Shown here: positions 38,951 to 57,575 of the stretch, piece after piece
Layout of the letters: each line of letters begins with the position of its first letter
How positions within the stretch are numbered: position 1 is the stretch's first letter
Assembly: GCA_964016885.1 (NCBI GenBank)
Contig: OZ024753.1
Coordinates: 6,510,001-6,574,000, forward strand
Direction: 5' to 3'
Source: Eledone cirrhosa
Lineage: Eukaryota
DNA length: 64,000 bases
Notes under the pieces: generated by a model
Told to the model about the DNA's origin: nothing
The model's database searches: none
Seen by the model: only the letters and a program-made list of their open reading frames with translations
Position numbers and translations under genes: made by a program

Positions 38951-39564
38951 TTCAGATACAGGATAAGTGGTCTCATCATTGAGCTAAGGGACTTCTGAAT
39001 ACAGCATACCGTCTAAATTAAGGAACTGAATGTAAGACTTCTTGAAAATGTAAACAAACATAGTGTGTGAATCTTCAGATACAGGATAAGTGGTCTCATC
39101 ATTGAGCTAAGGGACCTCTGAATACAGCATACCGTCTAAATTAAGGAACTGAATGTAAGACTTCTTGGAAATGTAAACAAACATAGTGTGTGAATCTTCA
39201 GATACAGGATAAGTGGTCTCATCATTGAGCTAAGGGACCTCTGAATACAGCATACCGTCTAAATTAAGGAACTGAATGTAAGACTTCTTGAAAATGTAAA
39301 CAAACATAGTGTGTGAATCTTCAGATACAGGATAAGTGGTCTCATCATTGAGCTAAGGGACCTCTGAATACAGCATACCGTCTAAATTAAGGAACTGAAT
39401 GTAAGACTTCTTGAAAATGTAAACAAACATAGTGTGTGAATCTTCAGATACAGGATAAGTGGTCTCATCATTGAGCTAAGGGACCTCTGAATACAGCATA
39501 CCGTCTAAATTAAGGAACTGGATGTAAGACTTCTTGGAAATGTAAACAAACATAGTGTGTGAAT
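38951..39564. repeat. 123-bp tandem repeat, 5 copies
   Basis: TTCAGATACAGGATAAG at 38951, 39074, 39197, 39320, 39443. Confidence 0.97.
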
Positions 39565-40283
39565 ATTACGAAGCGCTGGGGACATAAATTCATAAGACGT
39601 TTGTTTATATTTTTGAAAGCTGGACGTTGTTAGCTGTGGTCAGTCTTGGAGCGTTATGAACCCAAATAGATATTAAATTACCCAAGACACATCAGGTACA
39701 AATATGGTGCCCCAGCATGTTTAGCTAGAGTTAATTAATATTAAGGGATAGATGAATATTTACGGTTTTCCTATCTGAAATCCCCATTATTTCTTACTAT
39801 AACTCAGTTCATGACACTTTTTAAAACGAATACAAATTAAATATGACAATTACTGTTCACCTTCGACAAAACCACAGCCATTATTTATGTTTCCCTCAAC
39901 ACTGTCGACGCCTACCATTAGGACATTAGAAATATATTCACAATATGTTTCCTCTCTAGGATAACTAAAGAATCGACTTGATTGATGATTTTGTAATGTT
40001 CTGTTTGATACTGTTTTGGGAATAACAACTAATTTAGAAAAGAGTTTTATACCATAATTTTATGATTTTAAAGAATTATTACACTGCCTCATAACCTTTG
40101 AAAAATATTGGCCAGTGTCAACGAATTCAGTTAAATAAGTCAGACTGTAATCAATAAATATAGTGAAGGGTATCTACTTAAAATATTCTATTGTAGTGTG
40201 TACATGACATTGCTTTCTAATTGAATGATATCAAGCTTAAAAAACATGATATATTAAATTCAAAACACGCATACACACACAAA

Positions 40284-41139
40284 ATCATCATCATCAATGC
40301 CGCCATCATTTTCACAGCCACCACCATCATCATCATCATCATCATCAGTGCCACATCATCATCATCATCATCATCATCACTGCCACCATCATCATCATCA
40401 GTGCCACATCATCATCATCATCAGCCCCACCATCATCATCATCATCATCACTGCCACCACCATGAACCCCGCCACAACCATCATCATCATTATCACCGCC
40501 ATCATCATCATCGTCATCACCACCACCAAAACCAACATCATAATCACCACCACCACCATCACCATCACCATCACCATCACCATCATCATCACCATCATCA
40601 TCACCACCACCACCAGCACCATCATCATCATCATCATCATCATAAGCATCACAATCACCATCACCATCGCCATAATCATCACCATCATCATCATCATCAT
40701 CGTCATAATCATGGCCATCACAATCACCATTAACATCATCATCATCATCATCGCCATAATCATAACCATCATCATCATCATCATCGTCATAATCATGACC
40801 ATCACAATCACCATTAACATCATCACAATCATCGCCATAATCATAACCATCATCAGCATCGCCATAATCATCACCACCATCATCATCATCGCTATAATCA
40901 TCACCATCATCATCATCATCGTCATAATCATGAGCATCACAATCACCATTAACATCATCATCATCATCATCATCATCATCGCCATAATCATCATCATCAT
41001 CGTCATAATCATGACCATCACAATCACCATTAACATCATCATCATCATCGCCATAATCATAACCATCATCAGCATCACCACCATCATCATCATCATCGCT
41101 ATAATCATCACCATCATCATCATCATCATCATCGGCATC
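40284..41139. repeat. (CAT)n-based array with higher-order repeats
   Basis: CATCACAATCACCATTAACATCATC..GCCATAATCAT blocks recur. Confidence 0.97.
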
Positions 41140-41499
41140 AGCCTCGTTTAGAGTACGCTTTCTCTCCTAGTACAGGCAAGGCAAGTCTACGCAGAGCAAG
41201 TGAGTACCGAAGCGGGGGACAACCGACCTCGACCACCCAGGCAAGTCCGTGGGGTGGGGTTGCATCTCACATAAGGACGGTCTCAAGTTCAACCGAGTGC
41301 ACAACACATTTTGTTATGTATTAAACATGTCTGCTGGGTCCTCCAAACCCTTTCTTTCGCAAGTTTTCTATGGCTGGAGACCTCGCCTATCAACATTACA
41401 GTGTGTTCTTATCGTCCAATTGACCTGCATCCAAGAGGTTTGGGCGACGTGACACGACAGAATGGTCCCATCAAGGCTCTATATATATATATATATCAT

Positions 41500-41728
41500 A
41501 GGAAAAAGTATGACCCCCGACGGCAGAGCTGAAGCCGTTTCGACGGCTATTTCTGGCACAGCTCAAGCCGTTTTGACGGCTATTTCTGGAGTCCAGAAAT
41601 AGCCGTCGAAACGGCTTAAGCTCTGCCGTCGGGGTCATACTTTTCCCTATTTCCCACTCTACTACCTAAGTATTGAGTCCTCTGGTGCGTTATGGTCCAT
41701 CTGGTTCCTTACCACAATTCCTTTGTTA
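41500..41728 (+). mobile_element. Foldback PLE-like element carrying the 3' half of a hammerhead ribozyme
   Basis: GACGGCTATTTCTGG-agt-CCAGAAATAGCCGTC-GAAACGGC-ttaagctct-GCCGTC-GGGGTC, preceded by its own inverted copy; (TA)n flanks. Confidence 0.7.
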
Positions 41729-41818
41729 TATATATATCATATATATATGTAATATAATATATATTATATAAATGTATATATATAATATATACATATATAT
41801 ATGTGTAATATATAATAT

Positions 41819-42152
41819 GGAGGCACATGGCTTAGTAGTTAGAGCATTGCCTTGCAATCGAAAGGTTGTGAGTTTCAATTCTCAGACGGGGTGATGTGTT
41901 GTTTCCTTGAGCAAGACACTTTATTTCACATTGCTCCAGTTTATTGTAGAAATGAGATGATAGGGACCCCAGTCCCTATCATTCCACTGCAAAGTGGTCG
42001 AGGAGGTGCCTCGGCATAAAGCACCAAGCACTCACTGTAAATGAGGTTGGGGTTAGGAAGGGCATCCAGCTGTAGAAATCAAGCCAGAATCAGTTCCCGT
42101 CCCACCCTTGCAACCAGGGAAAATCGGACGTAAAATGTTGATGATGATGATG
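41819..42152 (+). mobile_element. Full-length CORE SINE B with RTE tail
   Basis: GGAGGCACATGGCTTAGTAG A box, B box, CCTTGAGCAAGACACTT, tail ...GGACGTAAAATGTT(GAT)n. Confidence 0.9.
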
Positions 42153-42314
42153 ATATATATATATGTCTGTAATATGTAATATATATATATATATATATAT
42201 AAGTAAAAAGGAAAAGAAAATGCTGACTAATTTTTCCCAGTGAAACATATTACTAATTTATACTTATTCCAAATTAAACTAAGTATTAGTTAGTATTCAG
42301 TTTTAGTTTTAATT

Positions 42315-42600
42315 TTCTTCCGGTTGCGCATGTCTTATGCTTTTCAAAAATAATTTTGAGATAGAGTGCTCGCGATTTTTGCTCTAATCTGATCAGTTTT
42401 GGAAACTCTTCCGGTTTTATGTGAAAAAAGTGGCTTGGGAGGTATTAAGATTTGGTTGGGTGTTGAATGTCACGTGAATTAGCACTATAAATTTGGCGCC
42501 AATTCGTGTTGCAAACATTTTGTTTGCAACATATATATATACATATTGTTATACTTTGGGTGGGTCATGTGGCCAATAAGAAACTCACGCACCAGCTGCT
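42315..42600. promoter_or_regulatory. Promoter-like cluster of TF motifs
   Basis: CTTCCGG x2 (ETS), TGCGCATG (NRF1-like), CTCGCGA, GTCACGTGA (E-box), TTTGGCGCCAA (E2F), GGCCAAT within ~260 bp. Confidence 0.5.
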
Positions 42601-42802
42601 TTCACTTCAATTTATTATAATAAATTTATAAATATATATATGTATATGATGATGATGATATATATATATATTTATATATGTATATATATATATGTGTATA
42701 TATATATATATGTGTATATATATATATGTGTATATATATATATATGTGTATATATATATATATGTGTATATATATATATATGTGTATATATATATATATG
42801 TG

Positions 42803-42836
<34 letters not shown>

Positions 42837-42840
42837 TATA

Positions 42841-44222
<1,382 letters not shown>

Positions 44223-45804
44223 AAGAAAATTTCGCTCTAAATAAATGTAATCTGATTTTATCGAATATTAATAATTGTTTCTACTTTTGGCACAAGGCCA
44301 GCAATTATGCCAGTGTATTACTGGTACTTTATTTTATCGACCCCGTAAGGATGAAAGCCAAAGTTAACCTTATCGAATATTAACAATAACATTCGATTCG
44401 TTTGCAATTATGCAAACAAGCCTCATTTTTATAGCCATGTCAGTAGAATGAACACTTCATACTTGCTCTTATGTTGGCATGCGAATATATATATATATAC
44501 ATGTATATATATATGTGGATGTGTAATATATAAATATGTGTGTGTCTGCCTAATATATAATATATATATATATATGTAATATATAATATATATATGCGTA
44601 TGTATAATATATAATATATATATATATGTAATATATAATATATATATATGCGTGTGTATCATATAAAATATATAATATATATATATATAAATGTAATATA
44701 TAATATATATATATGCGTGTGTATAATATATAATATATATATGCGTGTGCATAATATAAAATATATAATATATATATATGTGTGTGTATAATATATAATA
44801 TATAATATATATATATATGTGTGTGTATAATGTATATATATATATATAAAAGTTTTGTTTCCACCATGGCCAAGCAATTAAAGATTGTTTGGTTGTATGA
44901 AAACGCTTTAACTTCACCCATGAATCATTTATTCCTTTCAGAGTTTTTTAATAGTCAATTTTTCAACATTGATATGGATTAATAGGTTTAAACAATTTTT
45001 GCGGAGGTTGTTTCAAATATATATTAAAGGAGTTCTTTCATTCTGTGCTATATTCTTTATAGTTTTATTATCATGATTGGAGCAGCAATTCAAAAGATGA
45101 AAGGAATACCGAAAATATTAAATCAATTAAACAGGAAAAAAGTAGGAAGAACGCGAGATTAAATAGCTCCGCAATAGAATATTTTCTAAGTAAAAGCAAT
45201 TATGAAATATGAATACAAATAAAGTCAAAAATCACTAAACCCTTATCACTTCCTTCTGTGCATTGCTAACAACATTCATATTGTTATTGAACTGAGCACA
45301 ATTACACTTATTTAAATTAACTCCAACACACTAACCTACACGCACATATAAATCAATCAATACTAGTATTTTCACAAACTGAAATAACCAGAAACCTATA
45401 TAAATATGATGTAATGTTTACTCTCATATATATATATATCTATATATATATATCTAGCAATATAAATAATGTTTACAATTCCACTCAATAATATATAGGT
45501 CACTCTCATTGAACTCTTTATAAATGCATATATATACATTTATGTGATTTCTTAACAATTAACTGCCTTATGTATTCCATTAAAAGATCAGCATTCCCTC
45601 TACATTTACCTTGTCCCATGGCCTACATATTTCTTAAGTTAATAAACAAAAACCTAATCCATTGTTTCTGAAGGACAACAGAAGAGAATCTGACTCTCTA
45701 CTAGGTAATTAAATTGGTACCATCATTTATACCCTCTGCAACGATCGTAAATCAATAAAACGAGTAGTTACCTCACTGTGCTTTGTAGTAATTCATAGGT
45801 TATT

Positions 45805-46972
<1,168 letters not shown>

Positions 46973-47149
46973 TTGAAAAGGAAAGTAAAGTTCTATACAA
47001 AACAGTAGTTATAGAGATATGGTAAAATTGGAAATAGAACTGAAAATATATTTAAGGATCTACTTTTCGGCAAAGTGACCTTATTGAAAAAAGGAAAGGG
47101 ACAATTCTTAAAAAAAAAAGAGTTTTATAATGTATATAAAGGATGTAAT

Positions 47150-47195
47150 GTATTACCGGTTTCGTTGTATTAGTAAAATTCATCTTATCAAATTT
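47150..47195 (-). ncRNA. Decayed hammerhead-like motif
   Basis: Minus strand: au-UUGAUAA-gaugaauu..aauacaac-GAAA-CCGG-UA-au. Confidence 0.4.
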
Positions 47196-47607
47196 TGAGT
47201 ATTACAACTTAAAAAAATTAATAAAGATTAAAAACTAAAAATTAAACATTTAAAATTAAGTGTTGAGGTAAGCTTTTTCATCTTCCTTGTTGAGAAGGAG
47301 ACAGTATCAACCTCGCGGGGCTCCCTACTCAGACAGGCCACCAACGTTCCGAACTTGCGGAGGAGCTCGGCTGTACTGGGTGCAAGTACGCCTGAAATAA
47401 CTTTCAGAGAAAGATATAAATTTTCTTAATTAATATCTCCGTTTCATAGGAACCGACTATAGAGGTATGTTTTCCTCTTGCATTGTTTAAGATACAGTAA
47501 ATACATTCTTACTGATGTTCTTTCAGCAACGAGGTTTATTGAAATAATACATTCTCTTAACTACAATATTTATAATTTTGGTTTCTTTTCTATAGTTTAT
47601 TGAAGTT

Positions 47608-47881
47608 GGAGCATGGCTTAGTGGTTAGAGCATTGGGCTTACAATTGAGAGGTTGCGAGTTCGATTCTCCAGTTTACTCAAGTGTAGAAAGAAGTTGCGA
47701 TGTCACAGGTGCCAATCTGTATCGGCCATAGCCTTTCCCTTGGACAACATCGGTGGCATGGAGAGTGGAGACTGCCATGCATGAGCGACTACTGGTCTTC
47801 CACAAAAAACCTTGCCCAAGCTTTTACCTCGGTGGTAAACTTTCTAGGTGCAAAACCATGGTCATTCGTGACCGAGTGGGG
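47608..47881 (+). mobile_element. SINE B variant with internal deletion
   Basis: TGGCTTAGTGG A box, GAGTTCGATTC B box; body similar to 27290-27470. Confidence 0.85.
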
Positions 47882-49029
47882 CGTTAGAGATTCAACTTGG
47901 ATAAAATATTGCTATTGAGGCGTACCAAACATTTGAACCATGTAAGTATCTTTCCATTTCATTCAGAAACTAACTACATAGAATCAGTCACGATTTGTAT
48001 ACAGGTTTTATAGTAAAGGAAATTCTACATCTTTATAAATGGCATCTAAAATAAATATTGTAACTTTTAATAAGGAATCAAATAAAATAGGAAAAATTAA
48101 ATTTATTTGATATTAGATTCGGCAGAAGAAATGAAGACAAACAAATCTAGGCATAAACTCTTTTTTTTTTCTTCTTATATTTAACTAGAAATTAATTAAT
48201 GCCACCTGCTCAATGTTTCTCACTTTCTATTTCAATATGAAGCTAATAAATGATTTTCAGGCAAACCTGTATTCTTGGATTTCAAATTCACACTAACTTA
48301 ATTTAAGAGGATTACCATCATTTCAGTTTATTTTGTTGCTAAAGTGACAAGTTGCAAATCAAATATACTCTTGGAAGAAACTTGCCTTTTCTTTCTTTAT
48401 CTTTTCTCATTAATTATTTTTGTGTTCTTTGTTTACCAATTTTTGTTTGTTTTTCTTAGTTATTCATCAACATACACTAAATCTGTTTAAATAGTATGAA
48501 TGTTTGCCAATTTATCTCTCTCATTAGACTCAACATTTACTCCCCAATTCTCCCTCCTATTCATTCTCTTCCTCACCCACCCTCTTTCCATCTCCATCTT
48601 CCTGTCACATTTTCCTCCGCAACCAAAACCACCAACAACACTCAAAACGTTCTTACTTTCTTTTACTTTTTATTTCTTTCTCGATTCTACACATTTGAAT
48701 TCTCTCCTTTTTTTTTTAAAAATATAATTTTATTATTTTCGCCATGGCTTTTATCTATAAGGAAATCTCTTGTAAAGCAAAATAGAGTTTTGATTGATAG
48801 TTTCCAATTTATCAGAAAATTATAACTTCCTTATATCAGTAATTTTATATACTGTTAAATTAAAATTGCATTACATTCAAATTTCTTTTGACTTAACAAC
48901 TTCAAAATAAATTGATATCCCAATTGGAAGTAAGCAAACTACTGAGTTGATCGTTTACTTTAATCGAATTGGGAGGTCTCTATCTACTAACTTCATCAAT
49001 CATTCCGTTCGTCAAAGGTATTTTCAACC

Positions 49030-49440
49030 TAAAAGAAGAGAACATTTGAAAAGAAAGAAGAGAACATTTGAAAAGAAAGAAGAGAAAAAACTTTTTTTTT
49101 CACAAGTAAGGAAAATTGACGTGTAATACAAGAAAAAAAACCCTGAAGAACAAGAAGGAGAAGGCGGAGAAAAAAAAGAAAAAGAAATATAAGAAGATGA
49201 TGAAGTAGAAAAGGAAGGAAAAGAGGAAGAAGTAAAGGACGAAGAAGTAGAAGAAAAGAAAACGAAGGAGAAGAAGAAGAAATGAAGTAAAAGAAGAAGA
49301 AAAAGAAGAGGTAAAGTAAGTTGAAGAAGAGGTAAAATAAGTTGAAGAAGAAGAAAAGAAGAAGAAAAAGAAGTAAAAAAAGAAAAAGAAAAAGAAAAAG
49401 GTAAAATAAGTAGAAGAAGAAGATGAAAAAGAAGAAGAAG
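49030..49440. repeat. A/G-rich low-complexity (GAA-like) tract
   Basis: Direct observation. Confidence 0.9.
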
Positions 49441-49697
49441 TGATACAACAAGTGTAACATCATCAGCAATAAAACAAACAAACAAAACTACCATCTTCAG
49501 CAACAGCACCAAGAAAGGCAGGAACTACGTTAAAATGTTAATAGTAGTAAAATATCAGCAATAATATCAATAATAGTTTCCAATAACATATTTTCAATTT
49601 GATTAAATCAGATCTTAACAAATAAGATGTGTTGTCGTTTTATCATTACTTTAAATATGAATGATTACAAACAAATTTATCAAATGTTTCCGGATAT

Positions 49698-50474
<777 letters not shown>

Positions 50475-51006
50475 CACTCAATCCCTTTTTCTCAACCACT
50501 ATCTCCCTCTCTATTTTTCTATCTATTTATCTCGCCCCTCTCTGTTATCTACCTCTGTCCCTCACTCTCAGTCTTAGTGAATATTTCCTTTAATATTAAA
50601 CTTGTTATATTTTTTTCAAAAGACCAGTATTTAAATACATTCCATATTATTTACAATCCTCGTACCATTCTTTATATAGAGGAGCAGCCACACTACGTTT
50701 TATATTTATCTAAAGGAAGCTATTGGTGCTTATGCAGCTGCGGTAGATCTTGTGTAAAAGTTGATTGAAAAAAACATATTTGAAGTGTAAAGTTATAGAG
50801 ATTTAAGTGGCTTTTACTATCCAATGTACAATATTAATATATGATTTTAATAGATATTTTTTAAAATAATTATTATGGCAGTTTTCCTTGCTATAATTTT
50901 GTTATTTGTTATATAAATTCAGAATGGAATAAACATCCCCAAAAGCAAGTTGTTGATTTGAAATAAGCGAAAAGCTGTAATCCTTTTATATATATATATA
51001 TATATA

Positions 51007-51736
51007 TCATCATCATCATCACCGTTTTACGTCCGTTCTTCCACGCTAGCATGGGTTAGACGGGTTGTCCTGTTGTGGGCAGTGTCTGGTCGATTGACCA
51101 TGCCTTGCACATACAGGAACTGATTTGGTTTGATTTCTACAGCTGGATGCCCTTCCTAACACCAACCTCATTTACAGTGAGTGCTGGGTGCTTTTTCTTG
51201 GCGCCTACATGTCCACTTTACAGAGTGGGCTGGGTGCTTTTTTGCCGTGGCACCTCCACAACCACCTTGCAGTGGGAGGGTGTGGGGGCATATTATGTAT
51301 ATGCTTCAGCTGTACCCATGGGAGGTCGGGTACTCTGTATTACTGCGTGACGCCAGAGGTCACGGTCGTGTGTCATCGCCTTTGAGAGGTGTAATTGGGT
51401 AAGGTCGGCTTTTATCACCTCATCCCAGGTCATCTTGGGTCTCCCCACTCCGCGGTTTCCATCGACTTCTAGGGCTCTGCACCTTTTTATGCAGCTGTCA
51501 TCCTTCATACGCACCACATGTCCATACCAACGCATCCGCCTCTCTTGCACACAGCATTTGATTCCTCTTACGCTCAGTCTCTCTCTCAATTCATTTATGC
51601 TTTGTCGTTCGCGTATATTACTATTACACATCCATCGGAGCAGGCAGGCTTCGTTTCTCTCTAATCTACGTAAGTCTTCCACCTTCAGCGCCCAGGTCTC
51701 ACTACCCTGTAACATTGCTGTTCGGATACACGCATC
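51007..51736 (-). mobile_element. 5'-truncated RTE-type LINE, ORF2 C-terminus plus 3' UTR and (GAT)n tail
   Basis: CIRTAMLQGSETWAL..LERNEACLLRWMC..RRMRWYGHVVRM..RGVGRPKMTWDEVIKADL. Confidence 0.92.
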
Positions 51737-51803
51737 ATATATATATAAATATAAATATGTATAAAAATATATATAAAAACCACAGACCCTCCATCTCAAC
51801 TCA

Positions 51804-51841
51804 CCTTTTGAAAAGCAGAAGAACTGCGAAACCGGTAAAGG
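51804..51841 (+). ncRNA. Minimal hammerhead-like motif with variant UUGAAAA core
   Basis: CCUU-UUGAAAA-GCAG-aagaa-CUGC-GAAA-CCGG-UA-AAGG, then AATAAA; lies in a ~140-bp island between (TA)n tracts. Confidence 0.6.
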
Positions 51842-51913
51842 AACCAAATAAATATATATATTTAAAAAAAAAATAAGACTTCAGTTGCATTTTCGATTTC
51901 ATCTCTTTTTCTT

Positions 51914-54170
<2,257 letters not shown>

Positions 54171-55529
54171 ATATTGTTGTCATTCACGTATATTTTTCAT
54201 GGATGTTTATTATGTTTCCATGAAAATGTTTTTTTTCTTCTGTATGGCTCTTAGTCAGTATACATTTATATATTGCAGGAATATGAAAACTTTTTCTACT
54301 AGTTAAAAAAAAATCTCAGCCGAATATCTTTTGATTACGCACTCAAAATAACTACGTTATAATGCATTTTGATATTTTCTGTTTTGCAATATATGTGATT
54401 GGTTTAAAATCATCAAAGCGTATTAATGTAGTTTGATAATATGAATCGTTAGAAGAGAAAGAGCAATATATTTTATTGATTAGAACGATACTAATCAGGA
54501 ACTCATTAGACATCAATTTCACGCTGAACTAACCTTTCCCCCAGTTATAACTGAACCCAATGTCACTTTCATAAAAACAAAGCAAAGATTTAAAAAAAAA
54601 ATTTTTCATCTAAGATTTGAAAGGGCTAATAATAAAAAAGATATTAGCTTCCAACGTCTGAACTTTCTTTGTTATATGCTTATCTCACAGCCACCGTTTG
54701 GCGTTGTTGGATATGTTTTTCTCAGTTGTACGGTACATGTGTTACGCCAACTGTTTAAGTACACAAATAACTCTCTTCTGCTGCTTCAGAAAGGTCACAG
54801 TTTTGCAGAGAGTACATTATTTGAAATGTGTGAAATCGTTTCTTATTATGATTATATTGATTGATTATTGTATTAGATATTATATAGGAAACATATAAAC
54901 ATAATCATACTCTTCGATGGTTTTAAACTTCTATTGAAGTTATAAATATTTATGTGATAAATCCTTTGTTTATTCCTATTTCATAGGATTACTTTTTTTA
55001 TTTTTTATTTCATATTTGAAAGATGGAGAGAAGTTTACATTCTATTGTTTATTGTAATAGTCTTTTGAACTGAAAAACTGTATATGTGTTTAATATACAA
55101 CAAGAACTACATTATAATTGTCATTTGATTAGATATGTATTCATGCTTGAATGGAAACATGTTATTATTAAGAATATCTATAATTACATAGAGCATTCGG
55201 GTGAAACTTTCTAATCGCAGCCTGGAGAATATAATATACATGGGAGTCAGTACACACTATTTCCTAAACAAACAGAGAGAGAGAGAGAGAGATAACATAT
55301 ATTTTTTGTCACATCACCAGTCTGACGAGCAGATCGATATTACAGCCGGGTTCATAACTCCTATGGGTTACTTTGTGCCAATCCTCTGCGAAACGCACGT
55401 AACAAGTCGATACACAATACATATTTTCCTCGTTTTTTCTATTATATACACTCTGCCTGCGCATAGTGTGCTTGATTTGCTACCAACACCAGTATTTCAC
55501 TGTACTATGCACATTATATATACATATAG

Positions 55530-55712
55530 AGCGGTGGATTGGTTGTATCGGTAGAGGGTCGGACGTCATGCTTTGCAGCACAGTTACGTCCCCTTTACGG
55601 ACTGAGTTCAAATCCCGCCGAGGTTACCTTTGCCTTTCATCCTTACGGGGTGGATAAAATAAAGTACCAGTAATACACTGGGATAATTGCTGGCCTTGTG
55701 GCAAAAGTAAAA
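55530..55712 (+). mobile_element. SINE A
   Basis: Family consensus. Confidence 0.9.
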
Positions 55713-56049
55713 ACTTATATATATACATATATATATATATATATGAATGTATGTATATGTTTGGCAATATATTGTATGTTTAATTAAAAACATTTAGAAG
55801 ACCATTCGCTATGAGTTTTAGAGTAGTGACTATGTCATTAATTATTTTCGGCAAAAACAAAGGTAGAGTGATTGACATTGTTTCTCGCTTGTTAGCATTT
55901 ATCAAGACCACACACTCCCAAGCCTTTGCCCGAAAATTATAGAAGCAGGATTCTTATAGAATTCCAATAATATTTAGGAACTGATTAAATATATATATAT
56001 ATATATATGCGTCTGTGTGTGTGTGTGTATAGATACATATACATACATT

Positions 56050-56051
<2 letters not shown>

Positions 56052-56126
<75 letters not shown>
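56052..56126. repeat. (TG)n microsatellite
   Basis: Direct observation. Confidence 0.97.
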
Positions 56127-56127
<1 letters not shown>

Positions 56128-56706
56128 CAAGAGATTATTGACAGCATAGATAACAAAAATGTGGTTTAGTACATACAAAGAAACCCATCTCTACTTCATT
56201 GAAGCTAGTATTATTTTCCTTGACGAACACATTATTAAATCTAATTCTTTCTCCCCCCCCCCCCCCTCAGTTCATTAGCTCGTATTCGGAAAGCATTGAA
56301 CAAATCTGACGGCAACATCTTGATTGTTTTTAGCTTAAATATATTATTCTTCATACCAAAAACTGTTTTATCGTTCGGGTTTTGCCATTCGCTTGAAACT
56401 ATAACCATTCATCATTTTTATTACATTTCAGATTTTAGCTTTTGTCATAATATATGTTTGATGTAATTAATATTTAATGTCCTTTAGAAACATATATAAT
56501 TTTGTGTATTTTCATAATTCTTTTCATCCTATCATTGGTGAAAAATTAAATATCAGTAATGTACTGTGAAACAAGCCAGTAATCAGCTTTATCCCATTCA
56601 AATAAGTGCATAACATATCAGTTTTTTAAAGTATTATCCGTGTCGCAAACCATACCAATTTGATGTTAAGGAATCTAGCTTTCTTATAAGGCAAAATGTG
56701 ATATAT

Positions 56707-57377
56707 CATCATCATTATCATCGCTTTACGTCCGTTCTTCCATGCTAGCATGGGTTAGACGGGTTGTCCTGTTGTCGGCATTGTCCAGTCGACTGACCTT
56801 GCCTTGCTCATACTGGAACTGATTTCTACAGCTGGATTCGCTTCCTAACACCAACCTCGTTTACAGTGAGTGCTGGGTGCTTTTTTCCGTGCCGCCTACA
56901 CGTCCAGTTTACAGTGTGGGCTGACTGCTTTGTTTTTGCCGTGGCACCTCCATGACCACTTTGCAGTGGGAGTGGGTGGGGGAATATTGTCTATCTGCTT
57001 CAGCTTCGGCTTGTATCCGTAGGAAATCGGGTCTTCTGTATTACTGCGTAACGCCAGACGTCACGGTCGTGTGTCATCACCTTTGAGTTTGTACAATTGA
57101 GTGAGGTCGGCTTTTATCACCTCATCCCAGGTCTTCTTGGGTCTCCCCACTTCGCAGCTTCCATCGACTTCTAGTGCTCTGCACCGCTTTATGCAGCTGT
57201 CATCCTTCATACGCATCACATGTCCATACCAACGCAAACTCCTCTCCTGCACACAGCATTTGATTCCTCATATGCTCAGTCTCTCTCTCAATTCGTTTAT
57301 GCTTTGTCATTCGCGTATATTACTATTACACATCCATAGGAGCATGCAAGCTTCGTTTCTTTCTAATTTAAGCAAGT

Positions 57378-57379
<2 letters not shown>
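56707..57379 (-). mobile_element. Second copy of the RTE-type LINE seen at 51007-51736
   Basis: QERSLRWYGHVMRMKDDSCIKRCRALEVDG..GRPKKTWDEVIKADL; same 3' UTR. Confidence 0.92.
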
Positions 57380-57413
<34 letters not shown>

Positions 57414-57518
57414 AGAATGAAACAAAATTTCAATTCTCACTCTTAGTAAGGCAGTTACTTAAATGTAAGTATGTATGTATGTCTACGTACATACATATAT
57501 GTATACAGACGTACAGTA

Positions 57519-57575
<57 letters not shown>

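Noticed and set aside
40221-41151. Poly-His/Ile/Met ORFs (also 19808-20294, 37625-37882)
   Set aside because: Trinucleotide microsatellites open in several frames, with no splice or domain support.
49024-49512. Phe/Ser/Leu-rich or Lys/Glu-rich ORFs
   Set aside because: Low-complexity purine tract.
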